This document shows positions 27,909 through 37,213 of a DNA stretch of 64,000 bases, one piece after another (positions within the stretch are counted from its first letter, which is position 1; every line of letters begins with the position of its first letter). The translations under genes and the position numbers were made by a program. The notes under the pieces are model-generated. The model did no database searches, was not told where the DNA came from, and saw only the letters and a list, made by a program, of their open reading frames with translations. The stretch is from Patescibacteria group bacterium (lineage in GTDB: Bacteria > Patescibacteriota > Minisyncoccia > Phycocordibacterales > SBAW01), in NCBI GenBank assembly GCA_016176685.1, contig JACOWS010000002.1:30608-94607 (forward strand). The letters run 5' to 3'.

Positions 27909-29078
27909 CTAGCGGAGGTATTTTTTGTTTTTGAGTTTGTCGGGCAGGTAGGACTCCTTTTCGCCCGCGGGTGGATATTTTTCATACCCCTCGCCGTATT
28001 TCAACTCTTTCATCAGTTTGGTTGGTGCATTGCGTATTTTGAGCGGCACCGGGAGGTTGCCAAACGCCGCCACGTCCGCCTGCGCCGCGGTGAGTGCGTC
28101 GTACGCGCGCCTATCTTTTTTAGAGCCCGAAAGGTACGCCACCCCGTGTGCCAAGTTTATGGCACACTCCGGGTAGCCGATTTTATTGCACGCTTCAAAC
28201 ACCGCATTGGCCACCACGAGCGCGGTCGGCACTGCCAACCCCACGTCCTCGCTCGCAAATATAACCATACGCCGCGCGATAAACAGCGGGTCCTCCCCCG
28301 CCTCGACCATCCTCGCCAGGTAGTAGAGCGCAGCATCCGCTTGCCCTGCCCGCATCGACTTAATAAACGCGCTAATGGTGTTGTAGTGCTCCTCGCCCTT
28401 TTTGTCGTAGCGCAAGTTTTTGCTCTGTATAGTCTCCTTGAGCGTCTCTATAGATATCTTGCCGTACAGTTTTTGCGCGTTCTCAAGCACGGTTATGGCT
28501 TGCCGCGCGTCTCCCTGCGCCATCTGCACGAGCCAGTTCCTCGCTTCGTTCGGGATTTTCAATCTCGTGCGTTTGATAATTATCTTCATGTCTTTCTCGG
28601 ACAGTTCGTTTAACACAAACACACGGCAACGAGAAAGGAGGGCTGAAATGATTTCAAAACTGGGGTTCTCGGTCGTGGCGCCAATGAGAGTCAGGTCACC
28701 GCGCTCGACATACGGCAGTAAAAAATCCTGCTGCGCTTTGTTAAAGCGGTGTATCTCGTCTATAAAAAGTATTTTTGGCTTGCCGATTTGCAGTTGCCCG
28801 CGCTTCCCTACTATTTTTTTGATGTCCTCCTTGCCGGAGTCTACCGCCGAAAGTTCGTGGAACTCCGCATCAAGCGCGTTGGCGTAGATGCGCGCGAGCG
28901 TTGTTTTGCCGCTACCCGGCGGCCCCCAAAGGATAAAGGAAAAAAGGTGCTTGTTTTTAATAGCTTCCCACAGCGGACCGCCTCGGCCTAAACTCGTCGA
29001 AGACTCCCCTACCAAATGTTCTTGGCCGGAAAATTCCTTGAGACTCTTGGGGCGTATTTGTGATGCCAACGGCTCCAT
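27909..29078 (-). CDS. rarA: Replication-associated recombination protein A (RarA/MgsA AAA+ ATPase)
   Basis: Walker A 'GPPGSGKTTLARIYANAL'; overall RarA architecture. Confidence 0.9.
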   Translation of the reverse strand: MEPLASQIRPKSLKEFSGQEHLVGESSTSLGRGGPLWEAIKNKHLFSFILWGPPGSGKTTLARIYANALDAEFHELSAVDSGKEDIKKIVGKRGQLQIGKPKILFIDEIHRFNKAQQDFLLPYVERGDLTLIGATTENPSFEIISALLSRCRVFVLNELSEKDMKIIIKRTRLKIPNEARNWLVQMAQGDARQAITVLENAQKLYGKISIETLKETIQSKNLRYDKKGEEHYNTISAFIKSMRAGQADAALYYLARMVEAGEDPLFIARRMVIFASEDVGLAVPTALVVANAVFEACNKIGYPECAINLAHGVAYLSGSKKDRRAYDALTAAQADVAAFGNLPVPLKIRNAPTKLMKELKYGEGYEKYPPAGEKESYLPDKLKNKKYLR

Positions 29079-29132
29079 ACCAAGCCAGTATAACCGCTTG
29101 GCATATGCTATGCGATAGTACTTTAAAATTGG

Positions 29133-29789
29133 CTAATTGCCGGTTTCCTGGTTATCGGTAGAGCTTGCAGTAGTGGTTGGTGTTATGGTTGCTCCATTTG
29201 GCATCACCTCTTCTATAGGGAACTCTGTGGCGGAAGTGCCCTCTGTTGATGTGGGGAAGAAGATGCTTCTTACCGCTTCCGTGCCGCCAACTAATTGAGG
29301 GTAAAACCAATAGGCCAGACCTCCCAGACACAAGAGTATCACCAGCACAAAGATAAACAGCCAGGGAACCCGACTTTTGGTTAGTGGCGGGAATATGGCA
29401 GAGGTGCGCGCCGTGCTTGGAGAGACAGGCCCTGTGTCTATTTCCAACCGCGGCATAGTCGACAGTGGAGTTAAATGCACGGACGGTTGTTGCACGGTGA
29501 CAACCGGCTCTTGTGAGCCGCTCTGTGCCATGCGCGCGGCCTCGCCTATGCCGATTGAGACAGTCGGCCGTATTGTTGCAGGAGCTGGTGCCTTTGGCGC
29601 CATAGATGGTTTAGGAGCCATAGGGACCGGCGGTGCTGGAGGTTTTACTACGCCGTCGATAGCATCAAAGGCCTCTTTTGCATCTTGCTCGCTCCACCCG
29701 CCGGTGGCAAGCGCCTTTTTAATAGCATCACGCGAGGCGCCCGCCTTGAGTTGCCCGCGTATGTAAGAAAGTAGCTCTTCGTTAATCAT
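29133..29789 (-). CDS. Hypothetical membrane-anchored protein with Pro/Ala-rich linker
   Basis: 218 aa; N-terminal helical domain, PAPPVPMAPKPSMAPKAPAP linker, one TM helix. Confidence 0.5.
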   Translation of the reverse strand: MINEELLSYIRGQLKAGASRDAIKKALATGGWSEQDAKEAFDAIDGVVKPPAPPVPMAPKPSMAPKAPAPATIRPTVSIGIGEAARMAQSGSQEPVVTVQQPSVHLTPLSTMPRLEIDTGPVSPSTARTSAIFPPLTKSRVPWLFIFVLVILLCLGGLAYWFYPQLVGGTEAVRSIFFPTSTEGTSATEFPIEEVMPNGATITPTTTASSTDNQETGN

Positions 29790-29821
29790 ACTTATTGAAT
29801 TATACCACTATTGTACCACTC

Positions 29822-29894
29822 GCTGACAAGGCAAAAAAAGAGAGTAAGACTTGGCCTAGCGGCCCGGAGCGCTCTCTTTTTTTGCCTTGTCAGC
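29822..29894 (+). repeat. Family 1 conserved-loop hairpin element, copy 4; supplies the last codons and TAG stop of the FAD oxidase gene
   Basis: 22-bp perfect stem gctgacaaggcaaaaaaagaga / its reverse complement around TAAGACTTGGCCTAGCGGCCCGGAGCGC. The minus-strand reading of the arm plus core gives ...ADKAKKESAPGR*. Confidence 0.85.
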
Positions 29895-31631
29895 TGTGGT
29901 AACCGGCAAATCCAGGTGTGCAAACGCGTCGGAAAAGGTCGTCCCCACCTTTTTTCCTGGGTTAAAGATATTTTGCGGGTCAAATATTGACTTTACTTCG
30001 TGGAAGAGTGCAAACATCTCCTTTCCAAACATCTTTTCCACATAGGGCGTGCGGACTAGCCCGTCGTTATGCTCGCCGGTGATAGAGCCGTGGTAGGAAA
30101 GCACCAGGTCGTACACTTTGTGAGAAAGTTCGTCCAGTACCTTTCGCACACCGGGGTCCCGCGGGTCGACCAGAGGAATAATATGAAAGTTGCCGTCGCC
30201 CACATGGCCCGCAACCGTGTAGGTAAGCTTGTAGCGCGAGAGTATCTTTTCAAGTTTCGGCAAAAATTCAACAAGCGACGACGGGGGCACCACAAAGTCG
30301 TCTATAAAAGGGGCGGTGCGGCGGCCGACCACTTTTTTACGCAAGAGGTTAAAACTCTCGCGCCGCACCACCCAGTATTTGCGTGCGGCTCGCTTTGTCT
30401 TTGCAACGCGCACTTTCAGGTGTGTGCGGTTCTGCCTCACCTCCTGTGCAAGAGCTTGGGCTTTTCCTGTTGCCTCTTTTTGGGTCTCGGCACGGAACTC
30501 TACCAAAAGCACCAGCTTGGGCACCCCGCCGGAGAGCACCATCCACACTTCCGGCAAAAATGAGAGCCCCAGTTTAACCAGACCAACTATTCCGCCCAAG
30601 GCGAATTGGCCTTGGGCCGACATTTGTTGGGCAAACTCAAAGAAGTACTTGGTTGCCAGAGTAAACGTATGGTCGTCGTACGACTCAAAGCTGTCCGGCT
30701 CGTGCTTTAAAACCTCCGGCACCACCTCGCCAAGTTCGGACAGCGAGCGGAGGAAAATGACGGTCATCGCGGCATAGGGTTTGGGGCGCACCAGAGTGAA
30801 CCATATTTTTGTGATGATGCCGAGCGTACCCTGGGCTCCCACCATAAGGCGCGCCAAGTTAAGCGAGGGAGTACCGCCTGCCCGGCCTTCCGACGGATCG
30901 CCCACCTCCCACAGCGCATAGCCGGAGGAATTTTTTTCAACCTTTGGTTTGTGCTCCGCTATCACCTTGCGGTGCAGGGGGGTGCTTATCAGTGCGCGGA
31001 CACGGCGGTACACGCTACCTTCCCACGAGTCTTCGGCAAGTTTTTGCTGTAACTCCTCCCCTTCCAGTTTTTTAAAGTGATGTACCGCTCCGTCGGCGCA
31101 CACGACGTCGAGCTTTTCTACATACCGGGCAGTTTTGCCGTATTTTAAGTTCTTTTCCCCGCCGGAGTCGTTGGCAACCATGCCGCCTACGGCGTTGAGC
31201 TCGCGGCTGGCGGTATAGCTTGGGAGTTCCAGCCCCTTCTTCTTCGTCTCTTTGTCAAAGTCGCGGAAAAACATCCCCGGCTCTGCCACCGCATGGCCTG
31301 CCACTCCCGCGGCGCCGGGGATAGCATCAAGCTCCAGCAGGCGGTGTAGGTGTTTAGTGACGTCCAGGACTATAGAGTCGCCCAAGGGGCCTCCACCCAT
31401 GTCTGTACCCGCCGCGCGCGGGGTAATGGAGAGGTGCGTCTTGGGGACCTTTTTCTTTTCGTCTACAAAGCGCACTGCGGCGCAGATATCCTCCGCGTCT
31501 TTTGGATACACTACAACCTGCGGCCGCACGGCAAACAAGCTCGCGTCGCGACTGTAATGCGCCAAGGTCTCTGGCGAGTCATCCACCTCGCCGCGCAGTA
31601 TTTTACGCAGTTCTTCCCCCAAACTGCTCAT
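29856..31631 (-). CDS. FAD-binding oxidoreductase (FAD-linked oxidase, GlcD/D-lactate dehydrogenase-like)
   Basis: PCMH-type FAD-binding domain motifs and a C-terminal oxidase domain; 591 aa. Confidence 0.8.
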   Translation of the reverse strand: MSSLGEELRKILRGEVDDSPETLAHYSRDASLFAVRPQVVVYPKDAEDICAAVRFVDEKKKVPKTHLSITPRAAGTDMGGGPLGDSIVLDVTKHLHRLLELDAIPGAAGVAGHAVAEPGMFFRDFDKETKKKGLELPSYTASRELNAVGGMVANDSGGEKNLKYGKTARYVEKLDVVCADGAVHHFKKLEGEELQQKLAEDSWEGSVYRRVRALISTPLHRKVIAEHKPKVEKNSSGYALWEVGDPSEGRAGGTPSLNLARLMVGAQGTLGIITKIWFTLVRPKPYAAMTVIFLRSLSELGEVVPEVLKHEPDSFESYDDHTFTLATKYFFEFAQQMSAQGQFALGGIVGLVKLGLSFLPEVWMVLSGGVPKLVLLVEFRAETQKEATGKAQALAQEVRQNRTHLKVRVAKTKRAARKYWVVRRESFNLLRKKVVGRRTAPFIDDFVVPPSSLVEFLPKLEKILSRYKLTYTVAGHVGDGNFHIIPLVDPRDPGVRKVLDELSHKVYDLVLSYHGSITGEHNDGLVRTPYVEKMFGKEMFALFHEVKSIFDPQNIFNPGKKVGTTFSDAFAHLDLPVTTADKAKKESAPGR

Positions 31632-31636
31632 GAGTA

Positions 31637-32191
31637 TTATTCTACCGTGTCAACATCTGCACCCATCAAGGACTCTATGTCTAGAAAGTCTACGCCATCC
31701 GGGAGCACAAAAATGCCCGCATCGGCCGCCCACGGCTCGCACGAGTAGTCGGCCAGTGCGTTTGGGTCAACTGCACTTTGCCCGCCTTCCTGCCCCGCCG
31801 TCATGGCGTCAAACGACATCATCATCCCTTGCGGGTAATTATCGGTCCATACATAACTGGTGTTGTCCGTAACCAAGAGGTGGCTCATCACCGACTGCCC
31901 GCCCGCCGCAGAGGTAAAGTCGCCGCGCATTTGCCCATCCGCAACGTAGACTGTCCCTGACGACTCGGAGTCGTCGGTTACACTAGAAAAGGCGCATTTT
32001 TGCGAACCGCCCTCTGTCAAAAGGTCTTTGAGCGACATTTGGGTGCCTGCATTGCCTGCGGCCGCAGGGCCGCCAGGCGCGCCGCCAAGGTATGCCCACG
32101 CTCCGGCAAGCACCAGCACCACCGCTACCGCCCCAAGCCCGTACCATACTGTCCCGCCCATTGCGCCTCCCGAACCGTTTTCTGTTTCCAT
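31637..32191 (-). CDS. Hypothetical secreted/membrane-anchored protein
   Basis: Start chosen at METENGSG; hydrophobic anchor followed by a Gly/Ala-rich region. Confidence 0.4.
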   Translation of the reverse strand: METENGSGGAMGGTVWYGLGAVAVVLVLAGAWAYLGGAPGGPAAAGNAGTQMSLKDLLTEGGSQKCAFSSVTDDSESSGTVYVADGQMRGDFTSAAGGQSVMSHLLVTDNTSYVWTDNYPQGMMMSFDAMTAGQEGGQSAVDPNALADYSCEPWAADAGIFVLPDGVDFLDIESLMGADVDTVE

Positions 32192-32258
32192 ATACATTAT
32201 AAAAATCACCTGGTAAATTGCGCACAATTTATACGTCTCATAAAAGTATACCACCTTG

Positions 32259-32921
32259 CTACCCCTTTTTGTCGAGAACAAACCGCCACGGCTTGTTTAC
32301 ATACTCACCCGCGGAGTCAATGCCGATGCGCGGGGTGCATCGCACTTGACCACGCCCTACCTCTACTCCTCTGTCCTCAACCCACAGGCCGGTCTTTTTG
32401 CCGAGCGGTTTGTTGTTTAGCTTTTTGTCTACCTGCAAAAACTTGGTGAGTTTTGCCGGACCGTCAAGGCGCACGCCAACAGGGCGAAAAAAGAGGGCGC
32501 TCCGGGCCGCTAGGCCAAGTCCTACCCTCTTTTTTCGCCCTGTTGGCGGCAGCTCACCGTGTGACAAGATTCGACTTTGCCATTGCGGTTCAAGGCCGCG
32601 TATCAGAACAGCCGCAGGATATCTTTCTTTCCCGCACACCAGGTTAAGCATCCAGTGCATGCCGTAGGTAAAGTACACGTACACCACTCCGGGGCGGCCA
32701 AACATCGGCGTGTTGCGAGCGGTTTGCCCGCGGTGGGCATGGCTGGCTTTGTCTCTTGGGCCGTCGTACGCTTCGGTCTCAACAATCATAAGTGCTACTT
32801 CACTGCCCCGTACCCTGCGCACTAAAAATTTTCCCACAAGTTCCCGCGCCACGGTAAGTGTTGGCCGGTCAAAAAACGCCGCTTGTAGAACTTTGCGCAT
32901 AGGTTGCATGATACGCAACAT
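32259..32921 (-). CDS. mpg: DNA-3-methyladenine glycosylase (Mpg/AAG family) carrying an in-frame hairpin-element insertion
   Basis: 'FLVRRVRGSEVALMIVETEAYDGPRDKASHAHRGQTARNTPMFGRPGVVYVYFTYGMHWMLNLV...IRGLEP...DGPAKL'. The 220-aa length equals a typical roughly 196-aa Mpg plus a 24-aa insert. Confidence 0.85.
   Translation of the reverse strand: MLRIMQPMRKVLQAAFFDRPTLTVARELVGKFLVRRVRGSEVALMIVETEAYDGPRDKASHAHRGQTARNTPMFGRPGVVYVYFTYGMHWMLNLVCGKERYPAAVLIRGLEPQWQSRILSHGELPPTGRKKRVGLGLAARSALFFRPVGVRLDGPAKLTKFLQVDKKLNNKPLGKKTGLWVEDRGVEVGRGQVRCTPRIGIDSAGEYVNKPWRFVLDKKG
32475..32545 (-). repeat. Family 1 conserved-loop hairpin element, copy 5, embedded in-frame in mpg (translated as PPTGRKKRVGLGLAARSALFFRPVG)
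   Basis: 22-bp perfect arms ccaacagggcgaaaaaagaggg / reverse complement around GTAGGACTTGGCCTAGCGGCCCGGAGCGC on the gene strand. The reading frame is preserved. Confidence 0.85.
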
Positions 32922-32968
32922 CGGCCTACCATGCGAGCAGGAGAACCTATAACCAATGGAGGTGGGCT

Positions 32969-33241
32969 ATGAAAACTTTATTAGTTGCTCTGGCGTGTCT
33001 CATGGTGCTTGCCCCGGTAGCACAGGCCAACGTAGACCCGCGCGGAGGAGCAGCGGAGGCATACATGCCTTATGAGAACAATGCTGACACCATAATCATC
33101 CCCGGCAAGTGCGCCGAGATTTTGGTGCAGCCAGCGGCCGTGTGGATTCTTATCTTCCTCGCAAGCGGCGGCAAGGAAGAAAATCTGCCCGACCTCGGCC
33201 ACTACCTGCGCGAGACGCTCCTGTGTATCGGGAGGCAGTAG
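32969..33241 (+). CDS. Small secreted hypothetical protein (90 aa)
   Basis: Signal peptide 'MKTLLVALACLMVLAPVAQA'. Confidence 0.4.
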   Translation: MKTLLVALACLMVLAPVAQANVDPRGGAAEAYMPYENNADTIIIPGKCAEILVQPAAVWILIFLASGGKEENLPDLGHYLRETLLCIGRQ

Positions 33242-33313
33242 TGTTATGAATCGAAAACAAACAGCGCGGACGATGAGCCACAAAATCTCGTCCGCGCTTC
33301 CATTTTTTAAAAC

Positions 33314-33388
33314 TGGTGACCCCTACGGGATTCGAACCCGTATTTGCGCCGTGAGAGGGCGCCGTCCTAACCATTAGACGAAAGGGCC
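33314..33388 (-). tRNA. tRNA-Glu (anticodon CTC), CCA encoded
   Basis: Reverse-complement sequence GGCCCUUUCGUCUAAUGGUUAGGACGGCGCCCUCUCACGGCGCAAAUACGGGUUCGAAUCCCGUAGGGGUCACCA aligns closely with canonical bacterial tRNA-Glu. Confidence 0.85.
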
Positions 33389-33516
33389 TCGCCCGTAAGA
33401 TGGGGCTACGGCCAAGGGCCGTTGCAATACAATAAAATAAAAATAGATAAAAAGAAAGAGCGCCCCGGAAGTCACGGAGCGCCCCAACACAACTAACTAA
33501 AAGCCAAAAACGCTGG

Positions 33517-33777
33517 TCAGGTGACTCGGCCCCTTAACAATGACGAGGGGCACGTACATTCTTCGTGAGTCGGGAGAATCTCAATGACGAGCATATTCTT
33601 CTCCCATCCCAGAAATTTGCCCTTGAATTGGCCGATTTCCGGGGACTCAAAACTCAAGATTGCCCCTTTTGGGAGGTTCTTCTTGAGTCGCTTGATTCGC
33701 TGCGACTCTCGTTTCCTGTTTAAGGAAACGATTTTGGACTCATCCACCACTTTTCGAGCAATCCAGCTTTTGGTCAC
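33517..33777 (-). CDS. Hypothetical protein (86 aa)
   Basis: Intact ORF between murF and tRNA-Glu; no family recognised. Confidence 0.35.
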   Translation of the reverse strand: MTKSWIARKVVDESKIVSLNRKRESQRIKRLKKNLPKGAILSFESPEIGQFKGKFLGWEKNMLVIEILPTHEECTCPSSLLRGRVT

Positions 33778-33859
33778 AATAGTTCCCTCCTAAATTATTT
33801 AGTTGTGGGTGCCGTCCCAAGTTACTATACCAGACTATACGAAAAAAGGAAGGGTTTGC

Positions 33860-35155
33860 CTACCGCCGCTTCCACTCCGGGTCCTGGCGCACCAAGAGTT
33901 CCGCCGCGCGCTCGGGCTCTGCCATTATCTCTTCCACCGCACGCTCCATGCGCGCGCTCTGCGAGCCCTTTACCAGCACCACGTCGCCCCGTTTTAGCAT
34001 CACCTCCAGCTCTTTACCGGCGCGGCGCGCGTCTTCATATTGAAAAATGTTTGCATCCAGCATCCCAGCGTCGAGCGCCCCCTGTGCCATGTCGCGGGCG
34101 CGGAAGCCCACGGTGAAAAGCAGGTCGCCTGTTTTTGCGGCTAGCGCCCCTGCCTTGCGATGCTCTTCCACCGAGTGGCGGCCAAGCTCCAGCATGTCTC
34201 CCAAAACAGCGACGCGTCTGCCCTTTACGGGCAGGTGCTTAAGCGTTTCCAGAGCCGCCTCTACCGCCGCGGGGGATGAGTTATAGGTGTCGTCTATAAT
34301 AAGCGTCTCCTTAAGCCCAAGGACAAGTCGCATGCGCCCCTGCGGGGGCTCGTAGGCGCCGAGCGCCTTAACCACCTCTTCCAAACCGTGTCCAAGCGCC
34401 TTGCCCACCGCGGCTGCGGCCAAAAAAGGCTGCAGGGCATGCGTGCCAACCGCGCCTCTAACTATAAACGGCGCCGACTCTTCACCGCACACCACCCTTC
34501 CCTGCATACCAAGGGGCTCCCCATCCTCGCCCAAATGCACTGCCACTGCTTCGGCGCGCACCTCTGCATTTTTTGAAAGGCCGAAGGTTATAACGCTCTT
34601 TCCTTGTGCACGAGCGCGCAAAACTGCTACCTTTTCGTCGTCACCATAAAGTACCAGGGTGCCGCCTTGTTTGAGCGAGCTTATAAGCGATGCCTTTTCT
34701 TCCACCACTTCCCTTGGCGAGTCAAAATACTCCACATGCACCGGTACCTCCGGCAGCCGGGTGATAACCACCACGTCAACCGGCAGCCACTTTGCCACAC
34801 GCTTAACATCGCCCGGGCGGTCCGCCCCCACTTCGAGCACCAGCCACCTGGGGTAGCGCGCCTTAAGCAACAGCAAAAAAAGTCCGTCCAGTAAATTTTG
34901 TGCCCAACGCAGCGGGTTTTGCCAAGCATTTGGCACGCCAAGTATAGTGAGCGGCAGACCCACCTCGCTGTTAAAGCTTTTTTCACTGCGGCGCACGTAT
35001 GTACTCGCCGCCAACACCGCATATATCGCGTCCTTGGTTGAGGTCTTGCCGACGCTGCCGGTGACCGCCACAATGTGGGGATGATATTTTTTTACCACCC
35101 CGCGCGCCTCAAGCGTCAAGAGTGTCACCAATATTTTTTTAAGTAGCGTCCACAT
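33860..35155 (-). CDS. murF: UDP-N-acetylmuramoyl-tripeptide--D-alanyl-D-alanine ligase MurF
   Basis: 'VAVTGSVGKTSTKD' P-loop and 'IIDDTYNSSPAAVEAAL' MurF motif; start chosen at MWTLLKK to avoid overlap with ftsI. Confidence 0.8.
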   Translation of the reverse strand: MWTLLKKILVTLLTLEARGVVKKYHPHIVAVTGSVGKTSTKDAIYAVLAASTYVRRSEKSFNSEVGLPLTILGVPNAWQNPLRWAQNLLDGLFLLLLKARYPRWLVLEVGADRPGDVKRVAKWLPVDVVVITRLPEVPVHVEYFDSPREVVEEKASLISSLKQGGTLVLYGDDEKVAVLRARAQGKSVITFGLSKNAEVRAEAVAVHLGEDGEPLGMQGRVVCGEESAPFIVRGAVGTHALQPFLAAAAVGKALGHGLEEVVKALGAYEPPQGRMRLVLGLKETLIIDDTYNSSPAAVEAALETLKHLPVKGRRVAVLGDMLELGRHSVEEHRKAGALAAKTGDLLFTVGFRARDMAQGALDAGMLDANIFQYEDARRAGKELEVMLKRGDVVLVKGSQSARMERAVEEIMAEPERAAELLVRQDPEWKRR

Positions 35156-35160
35156 AAGGG

Positions 35161-36882
35161 CTAGCGGTCCGGCGGTATGTCGTAGTAGCTGATAAGAAAT
35201 TGCGTGAGCGAGTGGAACGGCAATGCCCATGTTTGCGAGGAATAGGAAGCGCCCTGTGGCTCCAACGCAAACAAAAAGACTATAAACCTCGCGTCATACG
35301 AAGGGAAGTATCCAAAAAAGCTGTGCAAGAACCTGTCTGTATAGTAGCCGCCGCCCCCGGGGTTGGCAATCTGGGCGGTACCGGTTTTTGCCGCAACACT
35401 ATGGCGCTCAATTTTTATTTTGCCGTCTACCAAAGCGGTATCCACCACCTTGGTGAGCATGCGGCTCACCGCAAGCGCCGAGCCGGGCAAGAGCGCCTGC
35501 GAGCTGCCGGCCCACGAGAGCGTCCGGGTAATGCCCGAGTCGTATCGCACCGCGCGTACAAAGTGCGGCGGTACCAGCTTCCCGCCGTTTGCCAGCGCCG
35601 CGAGTGCTTGCACCATGGCGATTGGGGTGACGGCTATCCCCTGGCCAAACGATGCGGTGTCAAATTCTACCTGCCTCGAGCTTTTGGCTATGTTGTCTAC
35701 CAACCCGCGTGCCTCACTGGGGAGGTCAATGCCGGTTTCCTCGCCAAACTTGTAGCGATTTAAAAAGTAATCGCGCATCACCGCGGGGCCCATCTCTGTT
35801 GCCACGTAGGAGGCACCGAGGTTGAGAGACTGGCTTAAAATTTCTTGCATGGGCACCTCCCCGCGTGCACGCAGGTCGTAGTTGCATATTTTTTTCGTGT
35901 CGACCGTGATGCATCCTGTGTCTTTATAGGTGCTCTCCGGCGTTATAACACCGGCGTCGATACCCGCGGCGAGAGTCAGCGGCTTCATAATGGAGCCCAT
36001 TTCAAACACGTCCTCAACCATGGCGTTTTTAAAAATAAACGGGTCCTTCTGTGCACCAAATGCGTTGAGGTCAAAGGTCGGGTTTATCGCCATGGCGTAT
36101 ATATCACCCGTTTGCGGGTCCATAATAATGCCGCCGGCAAGGCGCGGGTGCCAATTATCTGCATAGGCGACGAGAGCGCGCTCAAGCTCCGCCTGTACGG
36201 ACGGCTCTATGGTGGTCAAGAGGTCGCCGGTTTGAGGAGCTCCATTAAAAACCGCCTGCGCTGCGCCGAAAAGTTGTACAAAAAAGTTCGTATATAGGTC
36301 CTTGTCTTGGCGCGCCAGCGTCTGCTCAAAGTACCGCTCGAGCCCGTAGCGGCCTTCAAGCACATTGCCGTCGTTGTACGCAACAAACCCGAGCTCCTGC
36401 GCCGCCAAAGACCCGCCCGGGTAAAAACGCCACTGGTTTTTAGAGAGTATAACGCCGGGCAGTGAGAGCTTTTGTATAATTTCGGCGGTTTGTACATCCA
36501 AACGCTCTACCACCATTTGATACAAGCTCCCCTCCTTGGTCGCACGGGCTATGAAGTCGTCGTGGGAAAGCTCCGCCACTAGGGGACTAAGCGCAAGGTA
36601 AAGCGACTCCCCGTCCGCCACCTTGGATGGGTTTATCGCGAGCGTAAAGCCCTGGGTGAGGGTCGCCGCGGTTATGAGCGTGCCATTTTTGTCGGTAAAG
36701 TAGATGTTGTCACGTAGAAGGAGCGGGGATGCCGGCGGCGCAAATTGCGCGTCCGCGCGCGTAATGTACATATCTGCGCGCACCACCTGCAGCAGGTACA
36801 GTCGACCGACGATAACCATGCTTAAAAGCGCAAAGAGTGCGGTTACCAATCTAACGCGGCCGACAAAGAGGGCCTTGGTCAT
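35161..36882 (-). CDS. ftsI: Class B penicillin-binding protein (FtsI/PBP3-like transpeptidase)
   Basis: SxxK 'SIMKP', KTG 'KTGTAQ', N-terminal TM anchor; position after ftsL in the dcw cluster. Confidence 0.85.
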   Translation of the reverse strand: MTKALFVGRVRLVTALFALLSMVIVGRLYLLQVVRADMYITRADAQFAPPASPLLLRDNIYFTDKNGTLITAATLTQGFTLAINPSKVADGESLYLALSPLVAELSHDDFIARATKEGSLYQMVVERLDVQTAEIIQKLSLPGVILSKNQWRFYPGGSLAAQELGFVAYNDGNVLEGRYGLERYFEQTLARQDKDLYTNFFVQLFGAAQAVFNGAPQTGDLLTTIEPSVQAELERALVAYADNWHPRLAGGIIMDPQTGDIYAMAINPTFDLNAFGAQKDPFIFKNAMVEDVFEMGSIMKPLTLAAGIDAGVITPESTYKDTGCITVDTKKICNYDLRARGEVPMQEILSQSLNLGASYVATEMGPAVMRDYFLNRYKFGEETGIDLPSEARGLVDNIAKSSRQVEFDTASFGQGIAVTPIAMVQALAALANGGKLVPPHFVRAVRYDSGITRTLSWAGSSQALLPGSALAVSRMLTKVVDTALVDGKIKIERHSVAAKTGTAQIANPGGGGYYTDRFLHSFFGYFPSYDARFIVFLFALEPQGASYSSQTWALPFHSLTQFLISYYDIPPDR

Positions 36883-36885
36883 GCT

Positions 36886-37206
36886 CTAGTATGGTCCACT
36901 GAGCGATAAAGAACGAGTTGCGTCCGTTGCAAACACCGTTGTAACCGCCGTAGGCGGGACAAAACCAAGCTCCTGCGCGCGCCCGGGCGTCATGGTGCGC
37001 GTAAGCGTCAAGTATTGGCTCTCCAAAATACTTAGGCGCGCATTTGTTGCGAGTATTTCAACCTCGGCATCCGCGCGCGCCGCAGTATGCATAACCGCCT
37101 CAAGTAAAAAGAATCCGTATAAAAATAGTGCGACAACCACCAACCCGGCGAGAGCCGCTATGATTTTGGAAAGGTGGTCTTGATATACTAAGGCAACGGT
37201 GTTCAT
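36886..37206 (-). CDS. ftsL: Cell division protein FtsL-like
   Basis: Small single-TM protein between rsmH and ftsI. Confidence 0.55.
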   Translation of the reverse strand: MNTVALVYQDHLSKIIAALAGLVVVALFLYGFFLLEAVMHTAARADAEVEILATNARLSILESQYLTLTRTMTPGRAQELGFVPPTAVTTVFATDATRSLSLSGPY

Positions 37207-37213
37207 ACCATAT

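Noticed and set aside
32398-32667. Plus-strand ORF (89 aa) and similar short ORFs (29792-29983 minus, 48465-48986 plus) that contain '...KKRALRAARPS.TLFF...'
   Set aside because: These are translations of the conserved hairpin core and arms in the wrong context. The same peptide recurs wherever the element occurs, and the ORFs lie antisense to, or overlap, well-supported genes.
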